Part shown: in pieces, positions 38,241-51,841 of the stretch
Numbering within the stretch: position 1 is the stretch's first letter
How the letters are laid out: each line of letters opens with the position of its first letter
Source of the DNA: Cetorhinus maximus
Lineage: Eukaryota
DNA: 64,000 nucleotides
Assembly (NCBI RefSeq): GCF_964194155.1
Contig: NC_135897.1
Location: 94,612,001-94,676,000, forward strand
Direction: 5' to 3'
Program-made: the position numbers and the translations under genes
The notes under the pieces: model-generated
The model's input: the letters and a program-made list of their open reading frames with translations, nothing else
Told to the model about the DNA's origin: nothing
Databases searched by the model: none

Positions 38241-39494
38241 AATCAAAGTCAAACAACAACGCTCTCGAGACCACTGGAGAAAAGCATGCAAGTCTTCCCC
38301 TGGAAGTCAATTTATATACTCGCGATTAATCCTGCACTGCAGAAGCACAGTGACACTGGCCAGATCGGAATAACTGAAAGAAGATTCAGCCTCATTGGTT
38401 AAGCAGCTGTGATGCAAGATGACAAGCGGTGAGATTATTGCTCAATACTTTAGGCAATTTCTCCCTGTTTTATCGAGTTTAATCAATTTTGGTCTGATTG
38501 ATATTGAGGTTGTTCATCCGGCAGTTATTCATAATTTATTGAAACATTTGTTTACGTCATTTGTCGACAATAATTAATGTCACCATAAGGATAGCGATGT
38601 TTAAGAATAGATGTTTGGAAACATATGTGGACTGCACTTGATGCCAATTTAAACACAAGAGTTTTTTTTTACCATTTGATTATTTAATGGAGTTGACGCA
38701 CATTTGTTTGTTGTAGATGACATGGAATATCCAGGCAGATTTAACTGGCCTAGTTAGTATAGCATTCGGTGTGGCTTAGTGATTTCATTCTGCTGCAGCA
38801 TTGGAACATTACAAATGTATTTCACATTTAACCAAGTAATTGAAAGATTTCGAAAATCTTCTCAAGGATTTCCTAGTGCCCAACATCAAATCAATTATTT
38901 GCATTGTGCTTCTTTTTCTGACGCCAATTTCATCTTGTATTTCAATGGGTATCAAACGCAGTTCACACATGTTTCTATAAATGTTTCTTCAAACATTCCT
39001 ATCCTTACTGTTGTGGTTGAATTCAGTAGGGGAAACACAGGTGTTCCACCTGTTTTGATTGATGCTATTGACTGCCCAGCCTGTGACAAGGTTGGGCCAG
39101 TTAACATTTATTGATTTTTTTAATCATCACTGTTTTCTATTCGTGGAATGTGATTTATGTGCTGTCGACTGAGAAAGAGCAGTTGGAAATTGCAGCTCCT
39201 GAAGTAGGGGTTCAGATACCTCCCCTGTGTACTATCTACATCAAACAAGAAAGCTTTTGATTTGCCCTGTAACCCATAATGTTTCACAAATGTGTTGGCG
39301 GTTGGAGCATGTACTCATACATTCCCACAGTTGAGGATTGTATGTACTTCTTGAAATACTTAACCACTGTTGCATTAAAGTTATAGAATATTTTATAAAT
39401 ATAATTAGATCTTATATCTACCTCTAACTGAATAATGTTCTTTCAAATCAGTATTGGAAGATAATTGGGCATGACGGACATAGATTAATGATTT

Positions 39495-40305
39495 TTATTA
39501 TCCATTCACGGGTTGTGAGCTTCTCTGGCTGGGCCAGCATTCATTGCTCACCCCTAGTTGACCTTGAGAAGGCGATAGTGAGCTGCCTTCTTCAACCTGT
39601 GCAGTCCATGTGGTGTAGGTACACCCACAGTGCTGTTAGGAAGGGCGTTCCAGGATTTTGACCCAGTGACAGTGAAGGAACGACGATACATTTCCAAGTC
39701 AGTAAGGTGAGTGGCTTGGAGGGGAACTTCCAGATGGTGATGTTCCCATCTATCTGCTGCCCTTGTCCTTCTGGATGGCAGTGGTAGTGAGTTTGGAAAG
39801 TGCTGTCAAAGGAGTCTTGGTGAATTCCTGCAGTACACCTTGTAGATGGTACACATTGCTTCTAATCTGCGTCGGCTGTGGAGGGAGTGAATGTTTGTGG
39901 ATGCGGTGCCAATCAGGTGGGCTGCTTTGTCCTGGATAGTGTCAAACTTCTTGAGTGTTGTGGGAGCTGCACCTATCAAATCAAGTGGGGAGTATCCCAT
40001 CACACTCCTGACTTGTGCCTTGGAGATGATGGACAGGCTTTGGGGAGTCAGGAGGTGAGTTACTCATTGCACGATTCCAAGCCTCTGACCTGCTCTTGTA
40101 CCACAGTATTTATATGGCCAGTCCAGTTCAGTTTCTCTTCAATGGTAACCCCCAAGGATGTTGATAGTGGGGGATTCAGTGATGGTAATGCCATTGAACA
40201 TCGAGGGGCGATGGTTGGATTATCTCTTCTTGGAGATCATCATTGCCTAGTACTTCTGTGGCACGAATGTTACTCGCCACTTGTCAGCCGAAGCTTGGAT
40301 ATTGT
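39495..40305 (-). mobile_element. CR1-group LINE 3' part (outer edge of right arm)
   Basis: TLKKFDTIQDKAA; same downstream flank as the 11095-12525 copy. Confidence 0.88.
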
Positions 40306-41511
40306 TATTGAACTGTGGCCATATATTTTGCAGACCAGATAATTAATCGAATTCTTTGACAAATTTTCAATTTTCACCAACTTAATCTTCGTTACCAGAA
40401 CATAGGGAAGTGGGAAGTTAAGGAAAGGCAATTGTAACTCAATCATTTAGCGCATTAACTCATCCTTTGTGGAATCGAAGTGTAATTTTGAATGATCCCT
40501 ATGATGTGGCCACGTTTGTTTTATTTGTTATTTCAACTAAATTTTTCTCATTGTTCTCTAAATAAGAATTCCTGTATTTCGTTTGCATTTCAATGAATTT
40601 CATTCATCTCCCCTGTCTCTGTACTTTCTAGTGCACTTTGACTTAAACATTGGGGTTTATATTATCCATATTATTCATTAATGTGCTAGCTTCACCAGGT
40701 GCTGTTTCTTTCGAAGAACATAACAAATTATAGATTGATGTAAATGAGATAATTATCTACAATTATTACACTTGTTAAAATAGTTTCCATTTGGGCATTG
40801 ATTGATCATAGCTTACTAGAAAGGATTTTTTATTTATTCTTAGCATGAGTGTAAGCAGACAAGATATCATTGTTTGACCATCCTTAGGTACCCTGAGAAC
40901 ATTTAAAACCAACCCTGCAGCGTGGGACTACAGTCATGTATCAGCCTCAGCAGAGTAGGTGAGGTGGTGGTGGCATAGTGGTATTGACACTGCACTTGTA
41001 TTCCAGAGATGCAGGGTAATGTTGTGGGGAATGTTCTGGTCCCTACCATGGCAGATAGAACAATTTGAATTCAATAAAAACCTGGAATTAAAAGTCGATT
41101 GTCATAAAAACCCACCTGGCTTACTAATGTCCCTTAGTGAAGGAAACTTGCTGTCCTTACCTGGTCTGCTACCTGTGACTCCAGACCCACAGCAATGTGG
41201 TTGACTCTTAAGGGCAATTAGGGATGGGCAGTAAATGCTGACCTAGCCAGTGATACCCACAAAAAAGGTAAGGATTTTCATCTCCCTGAAAGATATGAAT
41301 GATACAGTTTTATAAAACCATCCAACTACTTTTCCTGTTACTGGGCTTCAGAACTTGCCACACAGAAGGATTTGAACTCACCACGACTGGGTTTATATGT
41401 TTATAGATAGTTATGATAACGCTTATTTGAATATTCTTAAAAAGAAAGAAACATTGATGAAAACCAAAATATGAAATGGTATAAATTTGAATAGAATGGA
41501 CATTAATACGG

Positions 41512-42105
41512 AGATGTATGCATTTTGGAAGGTCTAATACAGGTAGGAATTATACAGTAGATGGCAGAACCCTTAAATGCATTGACGGGCAGAGGGATCT
41601 GGGTGTACAGGTCCACAGGTCACTGAAAGTGGCAACGCAGATGGATAAGGTAGTCAGGAAGGCAAATGGCATGCTTGCCTTCATCGACAGGGGTATTGAG
41701 TATAAAAGCTGGGCAGTCATGCTGCAGCTGTATAGAATCTTGGTTAGGCCACACTTGGAATATTGCGTGCAATTCTGGTCGCCACATTACCGAAAGTAGA
41801 GGCTTTGGAGAGGGTGCAGAGGAGGTTTACCAGGATGCTGCCTGGTCTGGAGGTTATTAGCTATGAAGAGAGGTTGGAGAAACTCGGATTGTTCTCAGTA
41901 GAGCGACGGAGATTGAGGGGCGACTTGATAGATGTTTACAAAATTATGAGTGGCATGGACAGAGTGGCTAGTCAGAAGCTTTTTCTCAGGGTGGAAGAGT
42001 CAATTACTAGGGGGCATAGATTTAAGGTGAGAGGAGAAAACAATAGAGGAGATGTGCGGGGCAAGTTTTTTACGCAGAGGGTAGTGAGTGTCTGGAATTC
42101 TGCAA
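41512..42105 (+). mobile_element. CR1 LINE ORF2 C-terminal fragment
   Basis: MHFGRSN...LVRPHLEYCVQFWSP; LERVQRRFTRMLPG. Confidence 0.9.
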
Positions 42106-42269
42106 AAGTTGTTATCTAATTGACTTTTTAAAGCATTATTCGGTCTTACTGGCTTTCATAATTTCTTAAAGCATTCATCACGTACAATAATCATTGCCAT
42201 CTGGCCCTTGTTTTGAGAATGACATCTACTCAGGGCCATATGTTTCTGCTTTGTGACACTACAATAGTA

Positions 42270-44690
42270 TTCCTGAAGCGAGAGACATGTTGCTGAAGCT
42301 TTTTATCTTGCACGCATCAGGGCAAAAGCAAGAATAGCAAATTTCAAACAATCATAACAAATTATAATACAGGAGAAAAGGGGTCCTGACTGACCATACG
42401 AGCATACGAATTAGGAGCAGGAGTAGGCCACTCAAGCCCTCGAGTCTTCTCCTCAATTCAATAAGATCATGGCTGATCTGATTGTAACCTCTACTCCACA
42501 TTCCTGGATAGCCCCGATAACCTTTCATCCCCTTGTTTATCAATAATCTATCCAGCTCTGCCTTAAAAATATTCAAATACTCTGCTTTCACTGCCTTTAG
42601 AAAAAGAGAGTTCCAAAGACTCACTACCCTCTGAGAGAAAAAAATTCTCCTAATCTCTGTCTTAAATGAGCGACCCCTTATTTTTAAACAGTGACCCCTA
42701 GTTCTAGATTCTCCCACAAGAGAAACATCCTTTCCACATCCACCCTGTAAAGACCCCTCAGGATCTTATATGTTTCAAACAAGTCACCTCTTACTCTCCA
42801 AAACTCCAGTGGATACAAGCCTAGCCTGCCCAAGCTCTCCTCATAAGACAACCTGCCCATTCCTGGTATTAGTCTAGTAAACCTTCTCCGAACTGCTTCT
42901 AATGCATTTACATCTTTCCTTAAATAAGGAGAGCAATACTGTATATAGTGCTCTAGATGTGGCCTCACCAGTGCCCTATATAACTGAAGCATAACCTCCC
43001 TTCTTAGTAATAAACCCCTCTCACAATAACCGATAACATTCTATTAGCTTTCCTAATTATCTGCTGTACTTACATACTAGTCTTTCATGAATCGTGCACT
43101 AGGACGCCAAGTTCCCTCTGAATCACGGAGCTCTGCAATCTTTCACCATTTAAACAAGCTTTTTGTCTATTCTTCATTCCAAAAAGGACAATTTGACGTT
43201 TGCCCACATTATACTCCATTTGCCAGATCTTTGCCCAGTCACTTAATCTGTCTATGCCACTTAGTAGCCTCCTTACATCCTCTCCACAATGTACTTTCCT
43301 GCCTATCTTTGTGTCATCGGCAAATTTAGCAACCATCCCATCCACCCTTTCATCCAAGTCACTTATATAAATTGTAAAAAGTTGAGGCCCCAGCACTGAC
43401 CCCTGTGGCACTCCAATCATTACAGCCTGCTAACCAGGAAAAGACCCATTTATGGTTCCCCTTTGTTTCTTGATCGCTCGCCAATCGTCTATCCATGCCA
43501 AATGTTACCCCCTACACCATGAGCTTTTATTTTCTACAATAAACCTTTGATGTGGCACCATATCAAATACCTTCCTGAAATCTAAATACATTATATCCAC
43601 CTTCTGTATATCCACCTGCACCCCTTTATCCACAGCATATATGATCCCTTCAATAAGTCCCAATAAACTGGTTAAATACGATTTCCCTTTCAAAAAACCA
43701 TCTTGAATCTACATGATTGTCTTTAATTGTTTTAAGTGCCCTGCTATAGCAGCTTTAATAACAGCTTCTAACACTTGTCCTATGACAGATGTTAAGCTAA
43801 CTGGCCTGCAGTTTCCTTCTTTCTATATCTCTCCCTTTTTGAGTAAAGGAGTTACATTTGCTATTTTCAAATCTAATGGAACCTTCCCCGAATCCAGGGA
43901 GTTTTGGAAAATTAAAACCAATGCATCACATATCTCACTAGCCACTTCTTTGAAGAGCCTAGGTTGAAGTTCATCAGGGCCCAGACATTTGCCATGCCAC
44001 AGCTCCAACAATTTGCTCAATACCACTTCTCTGGTGATTGTAATTTTCCTAAGCTCCTCCCTCCCTTCCATTCGCTGATTTACAATTATTTCTGGGATGT
44101 TGCTTGTATCCTTGTTTAATTGGTTGGCAAGTTGACTCTGATTGGCTGAGCCATTGTCATGGAGAAAGCAATGGGGAACGATAGGCTCCCCAAGCTCCAG
44201 CATAATTCAATGAAGGTTCCAGGCTTGAACATATTCCTTTTGTTTGCAGATAACAAGATCCTGCGTGTGAATGTATGTGGCTTCTATCAAGCATAAATTG
44301 GTCACGTTACAAACTCAACTTATTATCTTAAATAGTTGGTAGTGTAGCCGTGAGCACACTCAGGGTTGTTCAGAAAGTATTGTCCAATTGCGAAATCACA
44401 TCTAACAGGCTTTTTGTTAAAGGTTTTGAGAGTCCGTGCTGGTTGAGAACAGTCTGTACTCTGCTACTATGAACAGCTGGAGGAACATTTTATTTGATTC
44501 GATCAGGCAATCATTGGGATGTACAACCTACTTTCCTGGCATCGTACTGGCACTGAGATCCATACACAATGTTGCTCGATTCTCTTTTTGGACTTATGAC
44601 AGCATCCTATTAGTGGAAAATACCATTCACATCATCACTACATAGTAGCAGCGTGAAACGCTGTATCCTCTGGTTACTGTCCATTCCGTT
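42270..44690 (-). mobile_element. Penelope-like retroelement 3' part (GIY-YIG endonuclease remnant and terminal repeat), split by a CR1 insertion
   Basis: Minus strand SNIVYGSQCQYDARKVGCTSQ*LPDRIK*NVP...CDFAIGQYFLNNPEC at ~44355-44576; degenerate hammerhead CTGATGCGTGCAAGATAAAAAGCTTC at ~42295-42320. Confidence 0.75.
42395..44112 (-). mobile_element. CR1 LINE (RT and 3' end) nested in the Penelope element
   Basis: GVPQGSVLGPQLF...KFADDTK and YLDFRKVFDMVPH; CGTATG-type tail. Confidence 0.92.
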
Positions 44691-45589
44691 ACTGGAAACA
44701 ATTTCTATTTATTTAGACTTAGAAGCCTTCCTGTGCCTAGAGATAATTGGGGCAGACAACGACCATGCTTTGTTTTCCTAGCTTGCCTGGAACAGGTCGC
44801 TCGCCTGAAGCCAGAGGCTAGCTTGAGAAGTGTCACTCCACATCAGGCATGACTGACCAGTCTCCCACTTTTACCGTTTGCCATAGACATATTGGAAGGA
44901 TTTGGAGGCTGGTAATCAACCTGTTTGGCCGTATTATGAATGCATCTTCCTTGGCCATCAAGCCCTGGAATGGGATTCGAACCAAAGATTCTGCTTCGGG
45001 GCAGAGGCAATACCCACTGCACCACAAGGTCTCCCTCATTCGATTTATTTACTCAATCAAAATCTTTTGCAATTTTGAACACCTCTATTAAATCTCCATT
45101 AATTTTCTCTGCTCTAAGAAGATCAAACCTAGCTTCTCTAGTCTCTCAAAGTAAGTGAAATCCCATACCTTATTCTAGTAAATTTCCTCTGCACCATCTC
45201 TAAGACCATGATATCTTTCCTAAAGTGTGATGCCCAGAAATGGGCATTGTACTTCAGCTGAGTGACTTACAAAGCCTTAGTATACCATCCTTGTGTTTTT
45301 ACTCTATTTATAAAGTCATTATTAACTGTTCTGAATTTCCGTTACATTGTTCCAGAATATAAAAACAAGCACATTTTAAGGAAAGTCCCATTAAACCTAA
45401 AAGCCTGTCTCTTTTCTGATTTATGTCAACCCATCAATTCAAATACTTATCACATCTTTCTAAGCCTTCTCTTTCCAGAGAAATATATGCATTCCTCCTG
45501 GATCCATTTATAATTTCTTATCCAAAATCTTCCAGCATCTTATTCATTGTGTAAGGAGGCTACAAAGTGACATAATGGTATTCTCCACT

Positions 45590-46460
45590 AATAGTTAAGT
45601 GGGTAGCAAATGGAGTATAATGTGGACAAATGTGAAATCGTTCATTTTGACAGGAAGAATAAAACAGAAGCATATTATCTAAATGGTAAGAAATTGCAGA
45701 GCTCTGAGATTCAGGGGAATCTGGGTGTCCTAGCGCATGAATCACAAAAGGTTAGTTTGCAGGTACAGCAGGTAATTAGGAAATTAGGAAAGCTAATATA
45801 ATGTTATCATTTATTGTGAGGGAAATTGATTACAAAGGTAGGGAGTTTATGCTTCAGTCGCACAGGGCATTGCTAAGACCACATCTGGAGTACTGTGTAT
45901 AGTACTGGTCTCCTTATTTAAAGAAAGATGTAAATATGTTAGAAGCAGTTCAGAGAAGGTTTACTAGACTAATACCAGGAATGGGCGTGTTGTCTTATGA
46001 GGAAAGGCTGGACAGGTTAGGTTTGTACCTGCTGAAATTTAGAAGGGTAAGAGGTGGCTTAATTGAACCCTTTAAGATCCTGAGAGCTCTTGACAGGGTG
46101 GATGTGGAGAGGATGTTTCCTCTTGTGGGAGAATCTAGGACTAGGGGTTACTGTTTAACAATAAGGGGTCGGTCATTTAAGACAGATATGAGGAGAATTT
46201 TTTCCTGTCAAAGGGCCGTGAGTCTTTGGAACTCTCTTCCTCAAAAGGCAGTGGAAGGAGAGTCTCTGAATATTGTTAAGGCAGGACAAGATAGATTATT
46301 GATTAACAAGGGAATGAAAGGTTATCAGGGGTAGGCAGGAATGTAGGGTTGGGGTTACAATCAGATCAGCCATGGTCATATTGAATGGCGGAACAGGCTC
46401 GACGGGCCGAGTGGCCCAGCCCTACTCCTAACTCGCATATTCGTATGTTCGTATGTTCAT
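45590..46460 (+). mobile_element. CR1 LINE 3' end
   Basis: MEYNVDKCEIVHF and LEAVQRRFTRLIPG; (CGTATGTT)n tail. Confidence 0.9.
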
Positions 46461-46744
46461 TATGTCCTTTTTGTTTTCAAAAGTGAGCAGGGTTTTATTC
46501 CTTACAACTAACTTCCTGCTATTTAAATTATACTGGCACATTTATGGTATTAATGTAATTATGTTACTGGACTGATACTCCATAAAACATGAGTTCAAAT
46601 ATATAGCAGTTACAGAATTTAATCCCAATTTAACAATAAATCCTGGAAACTGCACTAGAAAAGTGACCATGAAGCTATTAGCTTGGCCTTAAGCAAAATC
46701 CAACCTGTTCATTTAAATTGGTCAGGAAAGGATATCCGCATTTA

Positions 46745-47135
46745 TATGATGCGTTTCATAATCTCGGTACATCCGAATGCTCTTCACAGCCAACAAACTA
46801 GCCTTGAAGTGTAATGTAGAGAAACACCGCATCTAATTTGTACAAAGCAAGATCGCATAAACTGAAATAAGATAGACGACTTGCCATTTTTTCTTTATTG
46901 GTGTTTGGTTGCGCGATTAATATTGGCCAGGACACCAGGAGAACTCCCGTGGTCTTCTTTGAATAATTCCAAAGGAACTTTTGCACCCATCTGAGGGGGC
47001 AAACGGGGTCTCCGTTTAACGTCGTTGATTGCTCAATGCGGCCTTGACGTTTCATTCAGGATCAGGCGCTTAAGACTGTGCAGCGGGGCCTGAACACACA
47101 CTGCGTTCGAATTCAGAGCTACCACTGAGCCAAGA
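46745..47135 (-). mobile_element. DeuSINE-like element (SacSINE1/AmnSINE1-type core)
   Basis: TATTGGCCAGGACACCAGGAGAACTCCC...CATCTGAGGGGGCAAACGGGGTCTCCGTTTAACGTC resembles the Deu domain, recognised from memory. Confidence 0.6.
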
Positions 47136-48008
47136 TTAATGTCTATAATCGAGCAAAGGTGGTTTTATTTTGATGAAATTACAATTAACAGTCAACATTA
47201 TATTAATTTCTTCCAGTTGATATATCAGTGCCTGTGGAGCATATTCCAGGATCGGGTGAGTATTTTTTTTAAGTTAACTGGTTTTAAATGAACACAGCAC
47301 GCTGAATATTCACCATATATTGCAGTACAGTTTACAACAACAGCAATAGTAGTAAGTGCAGTGCTTTCAAATGTATAAAAGTATGCAATTTACAGAGAGA
47401 AGGAAGATTGATTTCATAGGGTGTCATCGTCATCATCGCCGCCTTGCGAGCAACCTTGTGACGTACTTCCCGCCCTTTATAAAATCAGCCTGACTTTCAT
47501 TCTGTTCAATTCAACAGGATGAAGATCGACGGGTTCTACCATAGGGGTTAGTTCACTCCGTTACTTGTTACTTTCCGGGAGAAATTGAAAATTACTCCCA
47601 CGGGCATTAAAATCTTTTTCTTCCGTACTTACATGGCTGGCCAATGATAATTTGTTTTTATTCGTTCTTGGGATGTTAGTGTCGCAGGCAAAGGCCGGCA
47701 TTTGTTGCCCAGCACTAATTGTCTTTGAGAAGGTGGTGATGAGCCTCCTTGTTGAACAAGTGCAGACTATCTGTAGGATGTTGATGGTTAGGGATTCAGC
47801 GATGGCAATGCCGTGTACTATAATGATGTAGCTTTAATCTATCTCGCCCGCTGGGAGACTAACCTGATCAGAATGGCCACTGGTTTTGCGCTCCGCCTGA
47901 CTTCAAGTAAAGTCATGTGGGTGTAAAACGTGCTGTCGATCTGATTGTGTGTCAGTTGCCCCCACCCCCGGTTGGGTTAGGTAGGGTTAGAATTACCATG
48001 TATGAATG

Positions 48009-48907
48009 TTAATATTTACTCATGAGCTTTTTTTTAGTGTTTTGCTCTGGTCTCAGCAGTATTATGAAGCATTTAGGGGCAAAAATACACAGAAGCAGCC
48101 CAAAGCTTGATGACAAAATGGCAAAGATCTCCACTGCTACCGTGTATTTGCCGGGCGAGCTGACGTAGGCAGGAATAAAGGATATCCACACTGCGAAAAA
48201 AATCAACATGCTGAAAGTTATGAATTTAGCCTCGTTGAAATTGTCGGGCAATTTCCTTGCCAGAAAGGCCAACACAAAACATATACAAGACAAGAAGCTA
48301 ATGTAAGCCAGTACAGTGTAGAAAGCATCCACCGAGCCAACATGACATTCTAGGATGGTTTTAGCACTTTGGTAAGCTGTATTTTTAATTGGGAATGGGG
48401 GTGCCCTGACTATCCACGTCACACAAATCCCAACCTGGACACAGGTACAGAGAAAGATCATAGCCCGCTGTTGGGTTGCTCCAAACCATTTCATCAAGTT
48501 GCTGTTGGGAAGCGTCGCTCTGAACGCCATGAGCACCACCACCGTTTTAGCAAGTATACAGGAGATGCAGAGCACGAAGATGATTCCAAAAGCCGTGTGC
48601 CTCAGCATACAGGACCAGGTCGTTGGCCGACCAATAAATGCCAGGGAACACAGGAAGCACATGACGGGGGAGCTCAGGAGAAGAAAGCTCAACTCGGAAT
48701 TGTTCGCTTTTACGACAGGGGTGTCCCTGTGTCTAAAGAAAACGGCCAGAACTGCGACAGTTAGACAGGCTCCCAATAGTGCAATTATCGCCAATGTAAT
48801 TCCTGTTCCATCTTCAAAGGAAAGATACTCGATTTCCCTCGGAATGCACATGGTCCTGTCGGCATTTGACCAATCATCTGAAGGGCATTTCGTGCACTCC
48901 ACTGAAT
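48009..48907 (-). CDS. V2R gene C exon 6 (7TM, 899 bp, open)
   Basis: ORF 48009..48977 with [10 protein letters not shown] and [16 protein letters not shown]. Confidence 0.95.
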
Positions 48908-50044
48908 CTGTAAATGAAAAAGCATGCTGGTTAGAAATAAAAACAGAAAATGCTGGAAAATGCAGGTCTGGCAGCATCTGTGCAGGAGGGAACGGAGTTA
49001 ACTTTGCAGGTCAGAGGTGCCTCACCTCAAAAGTGCTGAACGCCTCACTTGCCTAAATTGTCGTATCCTCCATGAACAAAACCTGCTGCATTGATGTCAG
49101 CAATAGCTGCCAAGTGAGACGGTATTTTGCAAGGACAAACCAAAGAGATTTCTCATCCCAAACCAGTTTTGCGATCCTATAGTTTGAAGCTTTTATAACG
49201 CAGGCTCCATAACACAGATCATTAGATTACAATTTGCCCTGTCTCCTGTTTTAGTCTTTGCAAATCTGGTGGTGCCTTTATGCAGCGAGTTGTTAGGATC
49301 TGGATTACTATCCTGAAAAAGTGGTGGAAGTAAATTCAGAAGTAATTTTCAACTAGGCCTGAATAAATACTTGCAAAGGAAAAAGTGCAGGTCCATGGGA
49401 AAAGAGCAGGTAGTTCGGGAAATGGTAGAGCTGGTTCAAAGAGACAGCACGAGTAAGATGGACCGAATGACCTCCGTCTGTGTTGTTAAGGTTCGAGAAT
49501 ACTTTATCTCAAAAAACGTTGAAGTAATATTAAATATGCGGTGAGCTTTTATCTAAAGGATCTGTTAGTAAATGTACTGCCCTGTGTGGTACTGAGCTTC
49601 CCAGATCAGGATAGGTCCAAGCTCGAGTTAGATTGTATTGAGTTAAAATTTGCCTGTGTCCTTCAGCTAAGGAAGGGAACATCAGCCAAGGCTCGCGATT
49701 GCAACCCAGATACCGCAGTAACAAAGCGCATGTGCCTGGACATGGTTGATGGACAGGACCAGACTTGTTTATCATGCTCTCCACTATCAAAAGAGCCTTC
49801 AAGCAATAGTTTTCACACTTGAAGAATGAGGAGCTGAGCCACGTTAGGGAAGATTTAAGGAATTTCTAAGCAGTCAGTCTGACCAGTTATTGGCTGTAGG
49901 AACGATGTTGCTCTCGGTAAAAGTATAGACACAGACTAATTTTGTCTCTGCAAAACTCAAACCTGTAAAGCTGATATTCCGACCCTGGTGCGTGTCTCCA
50001 CTAATATTCCACTTTTGCATTAAGCGCGCAGGAGTGACCATTAC

Positions 50045-50165
50045 CTGTTTCATTACTAATCTCCCCGTCGGCACAGGCACACAGTCAAAGCAACAGAGGT
50101 TCGCCGTCACGAGACGCTTTTCTCATCCCACGGGGGCAGCTTTCACTGCATGCTGACCAAGGAGG
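50045..50165 (-). CDS. V2R gene C exon 5 (121 bp, two small deletions)
   Basis: PPWSACSESCPRGMRKASRDGEP / CCFDCV / CADGEISNET; CCFDCV lies out of frame with the flanking segments; donor GTAATG. Confidence 0.88.
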
Positions 50166-50746
50166 CTATGGACAAGAGCAAAAGATGTAATCAGCCCTCA
50201 TTGGCCCTCAAAAGGCAACAAAATGGTCAGACAAGACTGTGATAATTAAAGTAAGCCTTGATTCTTTACAGGTGACACGTAACGCGGTTCCCTCTTCCGA
50301 ATCATTCTCCACCAAGTTTCTATCATTCTCTCCTGAATGAGGGGGATGATGGCTCCCCTCCCATCCCTCACCAACATGCTATTTGCCATATGTAAACATT
50401 TGACTATTGAACAGTTGTTTGGCTTCAGAGGGCATCACAGTTGACCACAACCCTGGTCTCATAAAATATCCAATCACATGTCCTATCCAGGAGGAGATAT
50501 TCTACTTTAAATACATGAGCCGAAAATAAAATCAGAAAATGCTGAGCAGGTCAGGCAGCTTCTGTTTTCAGTCATAAAGTTGTGATATTCTCAACAGTAA
50601 TCAAATTAACCATTGCAGAACATGGTGTTATTGCACAGCCGATGGTAAATGCTGAATTGTTCAAATCCCAAAGGGAAACTTGAAACAACTGCCACAACCT
50701 GTTTTGCAAGTTGTATAAATTTCGAGATGCGTGTCTTGAATTCAGT

Positions 50747-51670
50747 TGTAATAAGTCCACCGAGTCTTATAGGTTTTTAAAGAACTAGATTAAACATTTA
50801 TAAATGAGAGAAATGATTTTAAACACATACATAGGTCTACAAATTACTACTATGATAACTTCTAAATCCCCAAAATCTTAACCTGACCCCTAGTTACACT
50901 TTTGTTAAGGCAACAGTAAGACACAGATCTTAAAAGACCCAGGCAAGGTGACACACAATACCCTGAACCAGTCGAATTCAAGATTAGTTTTCTTAACTTC
51001 AGCTCTTTGTAGACAGCAGCTTGTGGCATAGATGCCGAAGGCTTTTCACACTTGTTAGATCTTTAAAGTGCCTGACCTTACACACAGCCTTTATACACAT
51101 TTTCCCCTCGAATGCAAATTCCTATTCCTTCACCATGTCTTTGGACTTTATCTTTCTAAGAATAAAAACCTCTCATAGCAATAATATTTTACCAATAATA
51201 TTTGGGAAAAATAAACACACTGTTTCTAAACTCCAACTAGCTAGGTGACACATTTCAATCCTCCTTTGAATGCAAATTCCCATTGTTTCACTACGTCTTT
51301 GAACTTCATCTTTCTGATAATAAAATCTCTCATAGCACTAAGGGTTACCAGTAATCTTTGGGAAAAATAAACACACTGTTCCTAGACTTCACCTGGCTAG
51401 GTGACACATTTCACCCCTCCTTTGAAAACAATCTAGCCTGGTTTATTTAAAAATGCAAATGTCCTTTTACACCTTACATTCTAAACTTCCCCCATGTTTA
51501 CCATGTTTACATCAAAGCCTTCAGACCAGCTGCCTTTAATCCAATTAAGTATCTCTCTCTCACACACACACACACAAGACACACACAACGAAAGAGAGGC
51601 ATACAGACATAGATGCCACGATTTTACAATAAATTCCATTAACATTGAGAATTATTATATCTTCCTGACA
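50747..51670. mobile_element. Probable solo LTR in gene C intron 4, with internal ~158-bp tandem duplication
   Basis: TGTAATA...CCTGACA termini; GAATGCAAATTCC units at ~51110 and ~51268. Confidence 0.55.
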
Positions 51671-51841
51671 ATGTGGATTTATAAATAAACCATTCAGCTG
51701 ATTGTTAATTAGTTAATTTTGAACACATTTCCCTAACTATTGACCATATTGTAAGCCATTAACCATTGAGCACATAGACTAATAGACTATTTAAACCATT
51801 GGGCACTTTATAATCATTTAGTACTTGGAATTATTTTATAC

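Larger units (their letters stand above)
27260..40305. repeat. Right arm of large inverted segmental duplication
   Basis: Reverse complement of the left arm, including genes, introns and shared transposon insertions. Confidence 0.93.

Noticed and set aside
42395-46460. Second inverted duplication formed by two similar CR1 copies
   Set aside because: Flanks are unrelated and each has its own 3' tail, so these are independent insertions.
48369-49056. Long plus-strand ORFs antisense to V2R exons (also 53921-54666)
   Set aside because: Shadow ORFs of coding sequence with no independent protein signal.
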